A stretch of DNA of 64,000 nucleotides from Takakia lepidozioides. Taxonomy: Eukaryota > Plantae > Bryophyta. The notes below the pieces were generated by a model. That model was not told the DNA's origin, did not search any database, and saw only the letters and a list, made by a program, of their open reading frames with translations. This document shows positions 24,864 through 37,802 of this stretch, in pieces. The stretch lies in contig CM060731.1 of assembly GCA_030704615.1 (NCBI GenBank), positions 69,068,001 through 69,132,000 on the forward strand. The letters run 5' to 3'. The translations under genes and the position numbers were made by a program. Position 1 is the stretch's first letter, and every line of letters starts with the position of its first letter.

Positions 24864-27572
24864 TCAAATGCAGCTGTGTCCTGGCTCTTTATTGACACCT
24901 CTGTCTTGCATCATCTGTCTTACCTTTGCAGTATCCTCCCACCTGCCAGCAACAGCATAAGTTTTGGATAGCAGCACATAAGTTGCAAGGTGCTGTGGAT
25001 CCCACTTGAGAAGGCATTTTGCCGCACGTTCTGCGACTTGCACATTGCCATGAATTCTGCAGGCACCAAGCAAGGCCCTCCACACCCCAGCATCTAGTTC
25101 AACTGGTGCTTTCTTAATGTAGTCCTCTGCCTCATCCAACCGGCCTGCACGGCCGAGAAGGTCCACGATGCAGCCGAAATGCACCATTGTAGGAGTGACA
25201 CCAAAATCTCGAGCCATGGAATCGAAGTAGTGCCGGCCTTCATCCACCAGGCCCACATGGCTACATGCAGAGAGAACACATATAAATGAGATATCGTTTG
25301 GCTTCAATCCTTCCTGTTGCATTATTTCAAATAGCTGAAGGGCCTCCCTGCCCCACCCATGCTGAGCATATCCTGCAATCATTGCACTCCATGTGACCAC
25401 ATTTTTCTGAGCCATATTGTCGAACACTAGAAAGGCATCCTTCATGCTCCCGCATTTGGCATACATGTTAACAAGGCTATTCTCCACACTGGTATATGAA
25501 GCAATTCCAGCCTTGATGATGTCAGCATGGACCTGTCTTCCCTTTTCCAGGGCTGCCAGGTCGGCACATGCATTCAGAACACAAACAAACGTGACTTCAT
25601 CTGGTGTCAAGCCTTCCTGTGTCATCTGCTTATAGATTTTGAAAGCCTCCATACCACACCCATGCTGAGCATATCCTGCGAGTAATGCAGTCCTTGAAAC
25701 CACATCCCGTTCAGCCAAATCGTTGAACACTTGACGTGCATCCGTCATGTTCCCACATTTGGCATACATGTTGACAAGGGCAGTCTCCAAATTGATATCT
25801 TTCACAACTCCAGCTTTGATAATGTGACCGTGGACCTCTTTGCCCTTGTCCAGGGCTGCCATGCTGGCACATGCATTCAGAACACAAATGAATGTGACTT
25901 TGTCTGGCATCACCCCTTCCTGTATCATCTGCTCATAAATCTTGAAAGCCTGCATCCCACAACCATGCTGAGCATATCCCGCGATCATCACACTCCAGGA
26001 GACCACATCTCGTTCAACCATATGGTCAAACACTTTACGGGCATCCTCCATGTTCCTGCATTTGGCATACATATTAACAAGGGCAGTCTCCAGAATGATA
26101 TCTTTCGAAATTCCAGCTTTGATGATATCAGCATGGACCTCTTTGCCCTTTTCCTGGGCTGCCAGTCTGGCACACACATTGAGAATGCAAATGAATGTGA
26201 CTTTGTTGGGTGTCACCCCTTCCCGCATCATTTGCTTATATATCTCAAAAGCCTCCATCCCACACCCATGCTGAGCATATCCTGCAATCATAGTGCTCCA
26301 GGAGACTACATTTCGCCATGCCATGTTGTCAAACACCTGACGTGCATGCTTGATGTTCATACATTTTGCATACATGTTGAGGAGGGCAGTCTCCAGGATA
26401 ATATCAGGAGCAAGTCCAGCTTTGACGATGTCAGAATGGACCTCTTTGCCCTTTTCAAGGGCTACTAGGCTGGCACACGCATTGAGAACACAAATGAATG
26501 TGACCTTGTCAGGCGTCACCCCTTCCTGTATCATTTGCTTGTAGATCTGGAAAGCCTCCCTACCACATCCATGCTGAGCATATCCTGTGATCAATGCATT
26601 CCATGAGACCACATTTCGTTGGGGCATTTTGTTAAACAGTAGATGTGCATCCCTCATGCTCCCACATTTGGCATACATGTCGACAAGGGAAGTCTCCAGA
26701 ATGATATCTTTGGCAATTACGGCTTTAATGATGTGAGCATGGACCTCTTTACCCTTTTCAAGAGCTCCTAGGCTTGCACACGCCTTGAGAATGCAAAGGA
26801 ATGTGACCTTATCAGGCGTAAACCCTTCTCGTACCATTTGCTCATAAATCTCAAAAGCCTCCCTACCATACCCATGCTGAGCATATCCTGCAATCAATGC
26901 ATTCCATGAGACCACATTTCGTTCAGCCATGTTCTCAAACACTCTACGTGCATCTCTTATGCTTCCACACTTTGCATACATGTGAACAAGGGCAGTCTCC
27001 AGAATGACATCGGGTGCAACTCCGACCTTGATGAGATCAGCATGGACCTCTTTGCCCTTTCCCAGTGCTCTTAGGCTGGCACACACCTTCAGAATGCAAA
27101 TAAATGTTACATTGTTTCGAGTTTCCCCTTCCTGTCTCATTTGCTCATACAGCTTGAAAGCTTCCCAGCCACAACCATGTTTTGAATACCCTGCCATCAT
27201 AATAGTCCATGTTAACACATCTCTTTGAGACATTTTGTCAAACACTAGGCGTGCATCCACCACACTCCCGCACTTGACATACATGTTGACAACAGTGTTC
27301 AATAGAAAGATGTCTGGCTTCAGTCCACTTTGAGCAATGTGAGCATGCACCTGTCTTCCCATTTTAAGGTCTTTATGTCTGATGCACTCCCGTAAGAGAC
27401 AGACATAAGTATTGGAATCTGCCAAGATGTCTTGTTTCTTCAAACTGTGTGGTGCCTCTATCAATTGGTCTGCCTTACAGAGTATCCTCATATCCCCTGA
27501 AGAGTTCTGCTTGACTTCATCACAAGAATGTGCTTGACCTTTCATCATGGAATCTAGAGCTGCTTTCACCAA
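24864..27572 (-). CDS. PLS-class pentatricopeptide repeat protein (organellar RNA-editing factor type), ending after the E domain/PG box
   Basis: 902-aa intronless ORF with ~7 PLS triplets (MYAKCG..DAR.VF..M..R.VVSW..MIAGYAQHG), an E domain (VWRALLGACRIHG) and KEPG. First ATG at 27548. Confidence 0.93.
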   Translation of the reverse strand: MVKAALDSMMKGQAHSCDEVKQNSSGDMRILCKADQLIEAPHSLKKQDILADSNTYVCLLRECIRHKDLKMGRQVHAHIAQSGLKPDIFLLNTVVNMYVKCGSVVDARLVFDKMSQRDVLTWTIMMAGYSKHGCGWEAFKLYEQMRQEGETRNNVTFICILKVCASLRALGKGKEVHADLIKVGVAPDVILETALVHMYAKCGSIRDARRVFENMAERNVVSWNALIAGYAQHGYGREAFEIYEQMVREGFTPDKVTFLCILKACASLGALEKGKEVHAHIIKAVIAKDIILETSLVDMYAKCGSMRDAHLLFNKMPQRNVVSWNALITGYAQHGCGREAFQIYKQMIQEGVTPDKVTFICVLNACASLVALEKGKEVHSDIVKAGLAPDIILETALLNMYAKCMNIKHARQVFDNMAWRNVVSWSTMIAGYAQHGCGMEAFEIYKQMMREGVTPNKVTFICILNVCARLAAQEKGKEVHADIIKAGISKDIILETALVNMYAKCRNMEDARKVFDHMVERDVVSWSVMIAGYAQHGCGMQAFKIYEQMIQEGVMPDKVTFICVLNACASMAALDKGKEVHGHIIKAGVVKDINLETALVNMYAKCGNMTDARQVFNDLAERDVVSRTALLAGYAQHGCGMEAFKIYKQMTQEGLTPDEVTFVCVLNACADLAALEKGRQVHADIIKAGIASYTSVENSLVNMYAKCGSMKDAFLVFDNMAQKNVVTWSAMIAGYAQHGWGREALQLFEIMQQEGLKPNDISFICVLSACSHVGLVDEGRHYFDSMARDFGVTPTMVHFGCIVDLLGRAGRLDEAEDYIKKAPVELDAGVWRALLGACRIHGNVQVAERAAKCLLKWDPQHLATYVLLSKTYAVAGRWEDTAKVRQMMQDRGVNKEPGHSCI

Positions 27573-30194
27573 AGGAGGATTTGACCAACTATGAATCCAA
27601 CAAGCCTCGTTGGTGCACGTATGTCCGACGTCTGGTGATTTTTTATTTATCTGTCAACACCACCAGTGGGCAGCCAAGCAGCCTTAGTTTCAATCACAGC
27701 CTTGCATAGACCAGGCTACAACCAGCAGACCTCGAAGCATCTGTCGACCTAGTTTCCAACAACCTGCTAATAGCAACACGAAGGAATGCTTATTCCTGCT
27801 TTCTTACAGCTGAAAGATTAATTGCCATTAGTTCAAGGGACTCAACAGATAACAAAACATCAAGCTGGCTTCAGTCTCTTCTTGGCAAACACTCCCACAT
27901 TGTTAAGGAAGATAGCCTCACCTTATAAAACCTGTTGTGCCACCTCTGTGAAGAATCTAAAAATAACTCCTGCGGGAGTGGTACTATGTATGTTTGACCT
28001 GTGTGCAAGAACTACATCACCATGAGAACTCTGTCAGCATTTTATTCCCTCAGTTTCTCTCGAGGAGCTGTAGTAATGAAACATAGACCTTTAGCTCCCA
28101 ATGGTGAAAGGCAATTGCAGGCTTTCAATAAAAATCAACTCTCCCTCTCCTCTCTCCGTCTGCCCCTGGCCTTCCTCAATGGTGTATATGTTACATCTGT
28201 GTCGGATTGGGAGCTAGAGGCAGTGCTGACGTCAGCAGATATCTGGCATGATATATGCTTGCTCAGGCTCTATCCCTGTGGGTAGAATGGCTTGATCCGG
28301 AAGAGTTGATATTCAGCAGTGACTACGCCAATGATAGCATGGAAGGAGGACAGGAATGCTGACAACAATCCTTGAGAATATCCAGACTTGTCAGGATTCC
28401 AACCCTATGTGCCAATAAAGAGGATGTAGTTTCTGCTTGGATGGGTGGTACAATATGGAGGCTGGATAGCTCTGATGCTAGCCCATTAGGGATCCCAAAA
28501 AGTGAGCAGAGATTTCCAAGTATGTACCTTCCAACGGTATCCCTGGAGGTTCCGGAGGCCTCACAGCGGTCACTCGCAAGTGTCGCAGTTCCTGCATTGC
28601 GAAGTTGGATCCCCGTTTCCGCTCCACGGTCTGGCTCGTTGATCTGCTCCCGCATGTGAGGATTCCCACCAGTTCACCGCAAGGCGAAGACAACGCCATG
28701 GGTATGACCTATTCCTGAGAGCTCAGGAGAGAGGCGGAGGCTGCTGCCCTACTTATGTCTACAGGAGGAGCGACGACAAAGCTGGAGGCAAGAAATTCCG
28801 AAGCCGTTCAACAATCCGGCTCTGAAGAGCTTGGCTTGTCGAATCTAAAGCAATGCTCAACAATGCAGTAGCTGCAGTGGCGGACTGAAGAGGCCACCAA
28901 ATCACAGTCAGATGTCCGATCATACCTGCACACGAGTCAAGCATTCTACAAGCGTTGCCAACGTAGCTGATTCGGTGGCATTAGATTGCAATAACAGACA
29001 CATTTAGTTGCAGAGTCTCGCGATTTTTCTCTCTCCGAATCCTACTAGCTCGCAGCTTCTACTCACCATAATTTTGACAGATGGGTAGAATTGATTATCT
29101 TCACAGCCCTTCCTCCTTGCAGCCCTACTTCGCGAAGTGTCCCTAGCAACTGGTGTCTGATAGACGGTCTCTTTTCTAAGCCATGGTGACAAGATGTTTC
29201 GGCACCATGCTCGTGGCTTCGCCAGACATTTCAACTTGGCGCCAACGAAATTGAAGCTTTGCAAGTATGCAGTAGCCACTCTTCTGGAGTGGAGTTGCCC
29301 GAGGCAGACACTGATGCAGTTTTGAGGAAACATTTCCCAAAGCAGAGTCGGCACAAAAACAAGTTTTTAGAGCAGCGATCTCCGCAAAGAAGCGGCACAT
29401 TGCCGGTACCGAAAGTTATCTCTACATGCATCTTTGATGGGGTTAAACAACTTGCTTTTTTGCATGTCTCTCGTTCCAATTCTGCAAAGTGTCGGGTAGC
29501 AGCCATAACTGAAGTTGCTGTATCAGGTTTGTTAGTGTACACTCTGCTACTTCTACTTCTACTTCTACTGGTATGCTTTCCTTTCTGTCCCTTCATTTCG
29601 GCTTTACTGGTGGCATGCAGCACATCTGGGTTGTGGGTTGTGGAGCTGGGAGCGGCATACCCCTTGGCAACGCAAGGACCGAGTCCCATGCTCTAGTGGG
29701 AGCGATGGATTCGTACCGAGCCTTCAGGGATGCTTTGGACGGTGATCAAGCCAACCGTGTAGGGTACGGGTAACGTCCTAAATACTCCCACCATGGATAA
29801 AAACTGTGATGCCAAAATGGATGTTTTATGGTTCAGGAGCATTCTAAAATCCTCTTGCTTGGATTTGGAGCTGGCTGGCGTTTTCTTAGAGCCATGAATC
29901 TTGAGGCTCCTGGGGTTTCCTGCACGAAGCTCACTCACCCGCGGCAAGAGTTCTAAAAAATCGTTCACAATGGTGGGAGAACCATGTTGGCAAGGTGCGG
30001 CTTTCTGCATGTACTATGTTAAGGGTTCTGTCTTTCGGCATCATAGGTGCAGACCCATCCGACAGGTCCAGATTTCAAGCAGTAAAGTAGTCTCTCTGGA
30101 TCAATAGCTACCAGAAACCTGCATGGGTAGAGATCGATGGTCAACTGGGAGCTGCAGCACCTGAGCAACTGCTTCTGAACCAAGCGGCGCCAAC

Positions 30195-30560
30195 ATGTTA
30201 TCTCAACTGTTTAGAGCATTGTGGATGCATACTGAGTGTTTGAAAAAATGCATGTTTTCGTGGAGTATTATGACTGCAGGATCCACCAATCTCGGTACCT
30301 GTGAATGCTACAAGAAAGGGTGTCATCAAGGTCACATTCATTTGTGTTCTCAAGGTGTGTGCAATGCAATCCTTGCATCAGTCCATGCTGACATGATGAA
30401 AGCAGGAATTGTACCAAAAATGATGCAAAGGGAGTGTTTGACAATGTGGCTAAAGCCCGATATTGTCTCATGAAGTTCAATGATCCAGGGACATACCTAG
30501 CAGCATGGGAGTGGGATGGAGGCTTTGGAGACTTATGAGCAAATGATGCACTGAGAGAGG
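30195..30560 (+). pseudogene. Highly decayed PPR fragment, oriented opposite to the main PPR gene
   Basis: Nucleotide motifs match the PPR repeats: GTCACATTCATTTGTGTTCTCAAGGTGTGTGC, GTCCATGCTGACAT, CAGCATGGGAGTGGGATGGAGGCTTT. Confidence 0.7.
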
Positions 30561-31117
30561 GAGGAATTGCATTCCCTAAGCTTGGGAGATTGTCATTAAG
30601 TGGATTGATCCCTTGCTATAAGTTTTAACTAGGTTGGCTATAATGGGTGACATCCAATATACACTTATGTGGCTTTGAACCCCGGACTGTTTGTTAAGCG
30701 ACCGCAACCTGGTGCCCTAACCACTCACTTGGTGGTTGGTGGTGGATGCTTGGGTCACCCAACAAACAAGGGTTTCAAGTTTAAACCCACCGGATCAATC
30801 AGCTTCCGCAACCCGTCCTTCCGCACAAGTTGTCTTTGTGCTGATGAGAGGCTTGAACGGATTTTGACAACATGTCAAAAAGTCTATACAAAGTCCACAA
30901 AAACCCATCATTCATTTGCATTCATTTGCATACGGTGCCGTAAACATGATGTCTCAAAAATTGAAGGGATGGGTAGACGGACGGACATGGTTGCGTAATA
31001 TGTACCAAATTGTATCATTCAGCCAGACTCTATGATGTACTCAAGATCATTCAAAGGATTTTATTTTATTTCAGGAATTGGTGTTCACTAGTATGTATGA
31101 TGACAAAGGCAAAATTA

Positions 31118-31537
31118 GGGCGATACCACACTAGCAGCAAGAGGGGCGCGACATTCAATTTCGGACCCTGCTATTGGTTTAAGGTGGTTTAAGGGAGGGT
31201 AGTGTGCCGCTCTGCCCACCACACTAGCGGCGGCTGCCGGCGGAGAGTGTTGACATGCCTCGGAATAGGGATTTCGAGGCGTTGTCCCATGGAAATCCAC
31301 AATTTTAAGAAGACGTTTTGCCCGCAATCACTAGCCAGGCAATGTCAAAGGTTTTAGAATTTGATTATTTTTAAAATGAAGAGATAAGGTAGTTGCGATT
31401 TTTTTTTCGCCGCTGGGCTTATGCTATAGTGTGGTAGCCGAATCATGCTTGTTGATATAGACCTATATCCTCCAACAATTCCTAGCCTGCAACGTCCACG
31501 TCACTGCCGTTGGTGTGCGGCTAGTGTGATACGACCC
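31118..31537. mobile_element. Tourist/Harbinger-type MITE
   Basis: Imperfect TIRs GGGCGATACCACACTAGCAGCA / TGCGGCTAGTGTGATACGACCC with TTA on both flanks. Confidence 0.6.
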
Positions 31538-31911
31538 TTAGTTATCTCTAGTGGTGATCCTAACGAATCCAAGGGCTCTCGAGCGGTGCCGTTACAAGAG
31601 GACAGCCGCCACATGAATCCAAAGGAAAGGTCGTCCAGATTGTGAGTGTTGAATATGGGGAGAGAGGCCGGCACTTGGAACATCATATAAGCCTTTCACT
31701 CTCCTGCGAGCTGCACGCAACTTGGATCCGCTGTTCAGTTCTGGCAGGGTTGTGGTCTGGGCATGCATTGATGCTCACTAGGGAGATATATTTGCTGGTC
31801 CGGTGAAGTCCTGAGCACTACAACAATCTCATCAGATCACTGTCAGGTTAGAACCTAGTATTAGGTTCTGACTTGAAAGTGGTGGGGAGTTGGAGAACCT
31901 GTCCAGAAAGT

Positions 31912-32034
31912 ATGGCAGAACCACGCATTGAGCAGAAGGGTCTAGTGGCGGTGACTGGCGCGAATGGGTTCATTGCGTCATGGATAGTTAAGCTTCTGTT
32001 GCAGCGGGGATATTTCGTTCGAGGACCGTGCGCG
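31912..32034 (+). pseudogene. Exon 1 of a cinnamoyl-CoA reductase/DFR-like NAD(P)-dependent reductase, truncated by an LTR
   Basis: [38 protein letters not shown](TVR) Rossmann motif. The sequence breaks at TGTAGAG (32035). Confidence 0.8.
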
Positions 32035-33335
32035 TGTAGAGTAAAAAGAAGGGCCCTACAAAACTTGTGTGCACTCACAATTATGGTCAGTCTGATGACA
32101 TAAATGATATGGCAGCGGAAGAGAACATATCACTTATGTCATTGAGCATCTTGTCCTAGAATCAAATGCGTCTACTCTTAGCAATATCTTTTTTTTCCTT
32201 TTTTTTTTCTGATTGCTTGGCCGCCCATTGGAAGGTATAAACACTAGCGTGGTTGGTAACTTTGATCCGACATTTTTTGTCACGGCACGCCCCCTTGGCT
32301 GGTCAGTCAGTGTACTCCTCGTGTGCTGCACTCCGGTGGTTCGCAGGTACGTGGCACCTCATGAATTTCTGCTCCAGAATTTTCTTTGCACCGTCACCTC
32401 CCTGAATACTAACGACACTTATGTAGAATGTCTATCTCTCACTTGCTGGATTTGAAACAGGCTGTTGGAAATGCTTTGTACTTATGCTAGGTTTCCTGGG
32501 TTACTCATGAATTCCAACTACTTAGATCATGAGGACCAGCACTCTCATAAAAGAATTTACTTGCCACATTAATTCACTACAAGCATGCAAATAGTGCAAC
32601 CTGGGCTACTGCTCTAATCAGGTCTGGATTTGCTACAACTGAGCTCCTAAAAGCCCTCAGAATCTGATCAAGCTACACTCTCATAACTACTTGGGGTATC
32701 ATGGCATCTAAAGGACCAATTCCCAAGACTGAAAGCTACACATGCCATATGCAATTTGTTAAATTCTCATCAGAGCTCACAACACCATGCCACTGAACAC
32801 TTGTAGAGATTCACATGATTGCAACTCCTCTTTATTACTGGCCTCAGCGGATACAATCAGTTCTGCCCTGATGGTTCACCATCCTCCCTGCTCACACCGA
32901 GCTCTTACTTTTTTATTTTACCGAAAGGCCCCCCCCATTTTCCACTACCGATGTTTAAATCTACTTTTGGTTGCCTCATCCACTCCGAACGGTGCGTTGA
33001 TTATTTGCTGATTTCATGGCTAGCCCATGTGTTTTTTTAGTAGACCGCGGGTATTCCTCCCCCTCTCGGCCTACTTGCACGTCGATACCACTTGTGCCTT
33101 CTATCTATGCGGAGTCTGTCAACTACTCCTTATCATCCAATTGGATGAACTACAACAGTATTCTACTGCCTTAGTTCATCCGTTAGTCATCCAGCAACTC
33201 CAACTGGATGTACCTCCTATGCACCTTCATCATCCTTTCATTACCTGCATTCATCCCCTCTTCATCCAAGTTTCAGCTTCCTCCCGACATCCCGACACTT
33301 AGCCAAAATTTCGCACCACGAGATTTTACCCTACA
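32035..33335 (-). mobile_element. Putative 3' LTR (1.3 kb)
   Basis: Termini TGTAGAGTAAAA ... TTTTACCCTACA (12-bp imperfect inverted TG..CA). Directly follows the integrase stop and a purine-rich tract on the minus strand. No second LTR copy found. Confidence 0.55.
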
Positions 33336-33356
33336 GCTGTAGAGTTCTCCGTTTCT

Positions 33357-34637
33357 TTAGCTACCACCGTCCTCAGTGGTTTCTTCCTCACACACAGTCT
33401 TCACCAAGGTTTGCAGTGCTTTGAGTTCACGACGCTTCCTCTTCCACCGCCTGCCTGCTCCATCTTGTAGAATGCAAACGCGGCTTCCCTCATCACCAGT
33501 TGCATTGTGTCCTTTGTCATGTTCTATCAACAAGTATGGGCCTTCCCAGGGATCCTCCATCTTCCTTTTCTTCCCTGGTTTCAAAATCATAACCAGGCTT
33601 TGATTCTGCACCTGCTGGAATTCTTTGTGGTGTTGGTGCCTGGCCGCATATCCTCTCTGTTCCTGTTTTTGTGCCCTACCAACATTGTCACGGAGTCGCC
33701 TTTCTATTGATCGAATGTCTTGCATCTTCTTGGCCATCATCTCCACCATGGCATCTTCATCGTCGTCTAGCTTCACTAGCTCTGTAATGGCTCCGATTTC
33801 GTTGTCAATCGACATCCTCATCTCTCTGCCAGTGAGTACTTCAAATGGGGAGAAGCGGGTTGAGGCTTGAATGCCGAATCTATAGCCAAATGCTGACTTG
33901 TGCAGGTCACGATCCCATTCGCAACCTGTTTCTCCTCCTAGCGTCACTATGCTTTGCTTGAGTGTTTTGATAAGCCTTTCCGCCATGCCATTGCACTGCG
34001 GCCAGTAGGGTGCGGAGTACTCTTGCTTGATGCCAAATCTCTCACATACTTCCTTGAATTCACCCTTCCACTCGCTACCTTGGTCTGTCAACACCGTGCG
34101 AGGTATCCCATATCGATAGATGATCTGTTCCTCGAGAAATCGGGCTGTCAATGCAGCTGTGTGCTCGATTACTGGGGTGACCTCTACCCATTTGGAAAAG
34201 TGGTCTATGGCAATGAGCGCATAATGATTTCCTTCATTGGTCTTGGGCAATGGCCCTGCTGTATCCATAGCGATTCGGTAGAAGAGGTCCTTGATAGGAA
34301 TGCTCCGCAGCTTGGTACTCCCAGATCTTAATGGACTTGACAGCCGAGCGGTTTGGCAGCGTATGCAGATTTGCAATACCTCATGTACCTGCCGAATTCT
34401 GTTGTGCCAGAAGAACCTCTTGCAGATCTCTGCTTGGACTCGTTTTGCTCCAAAGTGTCCCATTTCACGATGCAAGCGGCGAATAATTTCTTCCCTCTTC
34501 CGTGGTTCTGGTACAATCAGCCCTTTGTAAAGTAGCACTCCCTCTCTCCATTCGTAATGCCTAGTGCATTTTTTAACCCTCTTTTCTTCTTCTTGATTGA
34601 GGTAATCATTGATCTCTCCAAATGTAAGCAAGTGCAT
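33357..34637 (-). mobile_element. Ty3/Gypsy-type integrase (H2C2 zinc + rve DDE + GPY motif)
   Basis: LHREMGHFG..CIRCQ; IAMDTAGPLP, IDHFSKW, LTDQGSEW, PQCNGMAER; WEGPY. Confidence 0.93.
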
Positions 34638-34640
34638 GGC

Positions 34641-36933
34641 CTAGATGTCATTAAAGATGTCATCCTCGTGTTCTTCTCGCTCAAGTTGGTCATCCCTTCT
34701 TATCTTAGTTGGTGGGCCTTCCTCAGCTGCCATCTGCAGCAACTGTCGCTGTTGGATTTCTGCCCCCCATGCGCCTTCTTCACTCTTAACTGATCTGCCG
34801 CTTTCCAGCAGGTGTTCTTCCTCTCTGCTGGAGTAGCTGCTGCTGGACTTACTCCTTGGTCCTTCATTCTCACTTTCACGGAGCTCCTCCACTCTTTTTC
34901 TGCTCCCTTCCTCATCTCCTTCTCTCTCTGGCGGATGTTGCCCATCGTCCCTCATTACCCTTTGCACTTGTGGTTCAGCCCTAAGTCCTGCCCTCGTTTG
35001 TATGACTCCAACAAAGGGGAGCTCCTTGTATGCCTGATTCTTACCCCCATGTGGTGTTTGTTGTGACAGATCTTTCCACAATTGCACCCCTCTTCCAGTT
35101 GACCAGTCATCAATTTTGCTCTCGTCGTCCTTTCCCTCTTCGTCAGTGAAGTACTCGTACTCCCTTTCTCTTTCTTCATGTTCACGACCTTCAGGTGGTT
35201 CCTTCTTTATTACTGCCTTCATTTGCTGCATTGCCATGTGCTTACCTGGTGTGGGTCTGATTTGCCCGTGCCCAACAGTTGGGGAAATCCCGTGTATTAA
35301 AAAAACTCCATTCTGGGTTGCATTTTCCATCCGCTGAAGTGCCTCCCACAGGCTGTTTTTTGGTGGGACAGGTTCCCCTCCTTCTCTTAGTGTCCTCTTT
35401 TTCTTGCACATGTTTCCAGCCTGGGCCATGGTATCCTTGCTTCCTTTGGTTTCTGCCCCTTCATGCTTTGCCTTCTCCATTGTTCTTTGCACTTCAGCTC
35501 TTGACTGTGCGTCCCCAACAAAGGGCAATCCTTCACGTGGTGGAATTCTGCTCACAAGAAGTGCATGCCGTGGGCTCTTTTGCAGGAAATTCCACCTCTT
35601 CTCTTCACCACCAACCTCTTCGTCGTCCCAGCTCCAGTTGCACTACTTCCCACACTCCATGTCCCCCCAGAGCCAGATCCAGGCTGCCCGCCTGAGCCGA
35701 CACCTTCGTTGGCCTGTGATCCAAGTGCTCCACTTGATCCAGGTCCAACGGGTTGGGATGTCCTGGTTGTAGTCTCAACCTCAGCTGTTGGGTCTACTTC
35801 TTCATACTCTTCCTCTTCCAATTTCTTCTCTCTGTTTTCATCCTCCAAGTTCTGCCCTTGGGTTTCTTCTTCACTCATGTAACTCAACTGCGATGGTGTT
35901 GGAGAGTCTGAACTCTCCGTTGGCTCTGCCACATTCTCTCCTCCTTCTTCACCTTCCGTTTCAGAAACTGGAGTTCCTGCTTTTGGTGTTCCATGCCAAC
36001 TCTTATCAAAGATTTATGTCAAATCTTTTATCCAGGGATGTACCTTAGATCTTTCACCTCGTGGTTGATCTTCTTCCCGTACCAATTCCCTTAATCTTTT
36101 TTGCAAAGAAAAAGAAGGAATGGCATCCAACTCTAGTTCTTCCGGTATGGGTGATGTACTCTCTGATCTTAATGGTGTGAGAGGTCCAGATGATTCCCCT
36201 ATGTCTATTCCTCTCTCCCAAAGATATAGATAATTAGCTTTCAGATAACTTTCTCTTTTTGATGAATATCTCTGGAGTCTAGCTTCTCTTTCATCACTCA
36301 TGTCCCATGTCTTTCATTTCTTTAATGTGACAATAATCAAAACTCTCTTCTGTAGTATCTTTCGTATATGCCTGGGTTTCTTTCCAGCTTCAATGCACCC
36401 TTGGCTATACTAGAAGTCTCCGTTACCATATAACCATATGGCAAACAGGTCTGGAAAGCTATTCTTGGTGTGAGTTTGATCCACAGAATATCCTTTGGAA
36501 TCCAATTCTTTACCAGTACAAGCTCTTCATGCATATGTATAAACATTCACCTTCCTTTCCTTTCCTCCCAGCCTTCAAACTCTACTCGCTTAATGGATAG
36601 CAACGCTATCACATAAACCAGTGTTGGTAACCAACGTGCTCTTCCTCTACATGCCACCTGATAAATCTTTATCACCCCTTTCTCCAGACCCCACTCAGGG
36701 TCAACATCATGCACTCTCTTAAGAATGTTTTCTTTACAACCGTCTGGCAATTCCAAGAACCTCTGAAAGAATTGTTTGGACAATCTTTCCTTCTCAGTTT
36801 CACAAGGAATTTGATTCACATCAAATTCTTTAATTCTCCATCCACCATGATCCCACAAGATGTCTATCACATCTGGTTGTTCATGACCCAGTTCCCCAGT
36901 ATGGTCGCCAAATGTCGAACGGCTTTTACTCAC
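34641..36933 (-). mobile_element. Charged low-complexity ORFs upstream of the integrase (retroelement internal region with no recognisable PR/RT/RNase H)
   Basis: ORF 34641..35555 is in frame with the integrase across one TAG. Additional E/K-rich ORFs lie at 35552..35932, 36014..36301 and 36547..36933. No YxDD motif seen. Confidence 0.5.
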
Positions 36934-37556
36934 CTATCCCTTCGCTATCCGATGTGGAAACTCCAAGATAGAAGAGTTGGATATTTCTAAGCACTCAGCC
37001 CGCTCAGTACAATCAGTCATGACCTACAGCTAGTGAATCATGGTTGTGCTTCCCATTTGTATTCCTTCTTGCCTTCATGTTATCAATTCACCTTATCTGA
37101 TATTGAAGCATCAGATTGCTTCAGTATCTACTTATTTCCAATTAATCATGCATTCATTTCACAGCTTCACTCATGTCTCTCTACACAGTGTGCTTGTATC
37201 GAATAAGTATCAAATTATGATTTATCGGGTATCAGGCCAATGCCATGGTGACTCTAATCTGCCCTATAGTTTCACTACAGCTTTGCATGTAACAAGCATC
37301 TACTGTTCATCTCTCCTCCTTCTCCGTGCTCTCGTTCTTGCTCTCCGCCTGATCTCCTCTCATACATGACCAAGAAGTGCTCTTCGTGAAGTGTCCCCTC
37401 TTTCCGTTGCCGCTCCCCTTATCTGCCCGCAAGCTGTTCTAACCACCTAACTAATTAACCGTCATCCCTGTAGTAACACGTTCCTTCTGCAGATGTCGTT
37501 CCCTCATAGTCGTTCCCTCACAGTTGTTCCCTGCCAATGATAATTGTTCCCCATGT

Positions 37557-37802
37557 ACTGTGACAGATTGTGTTAAGCTGTGCCGAGCTGTGACTGGCTG
37601 TGTAAGGCTGTGTCGGCTGTGTCGGGCAGTGACTGGCTGTGTTGGCTGTGACGGGCTGTGCGAAACTGTGGCGGCTGTGACTGGCTGTGACGGGCTGTGC
37701 GAAGCTGTGGCGGGCTGTGTCGGGCTGTGTTGGCTGTGACTGGCTATGTTTGGCTGTGCCGGGCTGTGACGGGCTGTGTAAAGCTGAGTCGGGCTGTGTA
37801 AC
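37557..37802. repeat. Minisatellite, 9-10-bp unit (GGCTGTG-n2-3)
   Basis: About 25 CTGTG-anchored units, e.g. ctgtgactgg ctgtgtcggg ctgtgacggg. Confidence 0.9.

Noticed and set aside
28320-30110. Cluster of 100-150-aa ORFs upstream of the PPR gene
   Set aside because: No recognisable motifs or consistent splice model
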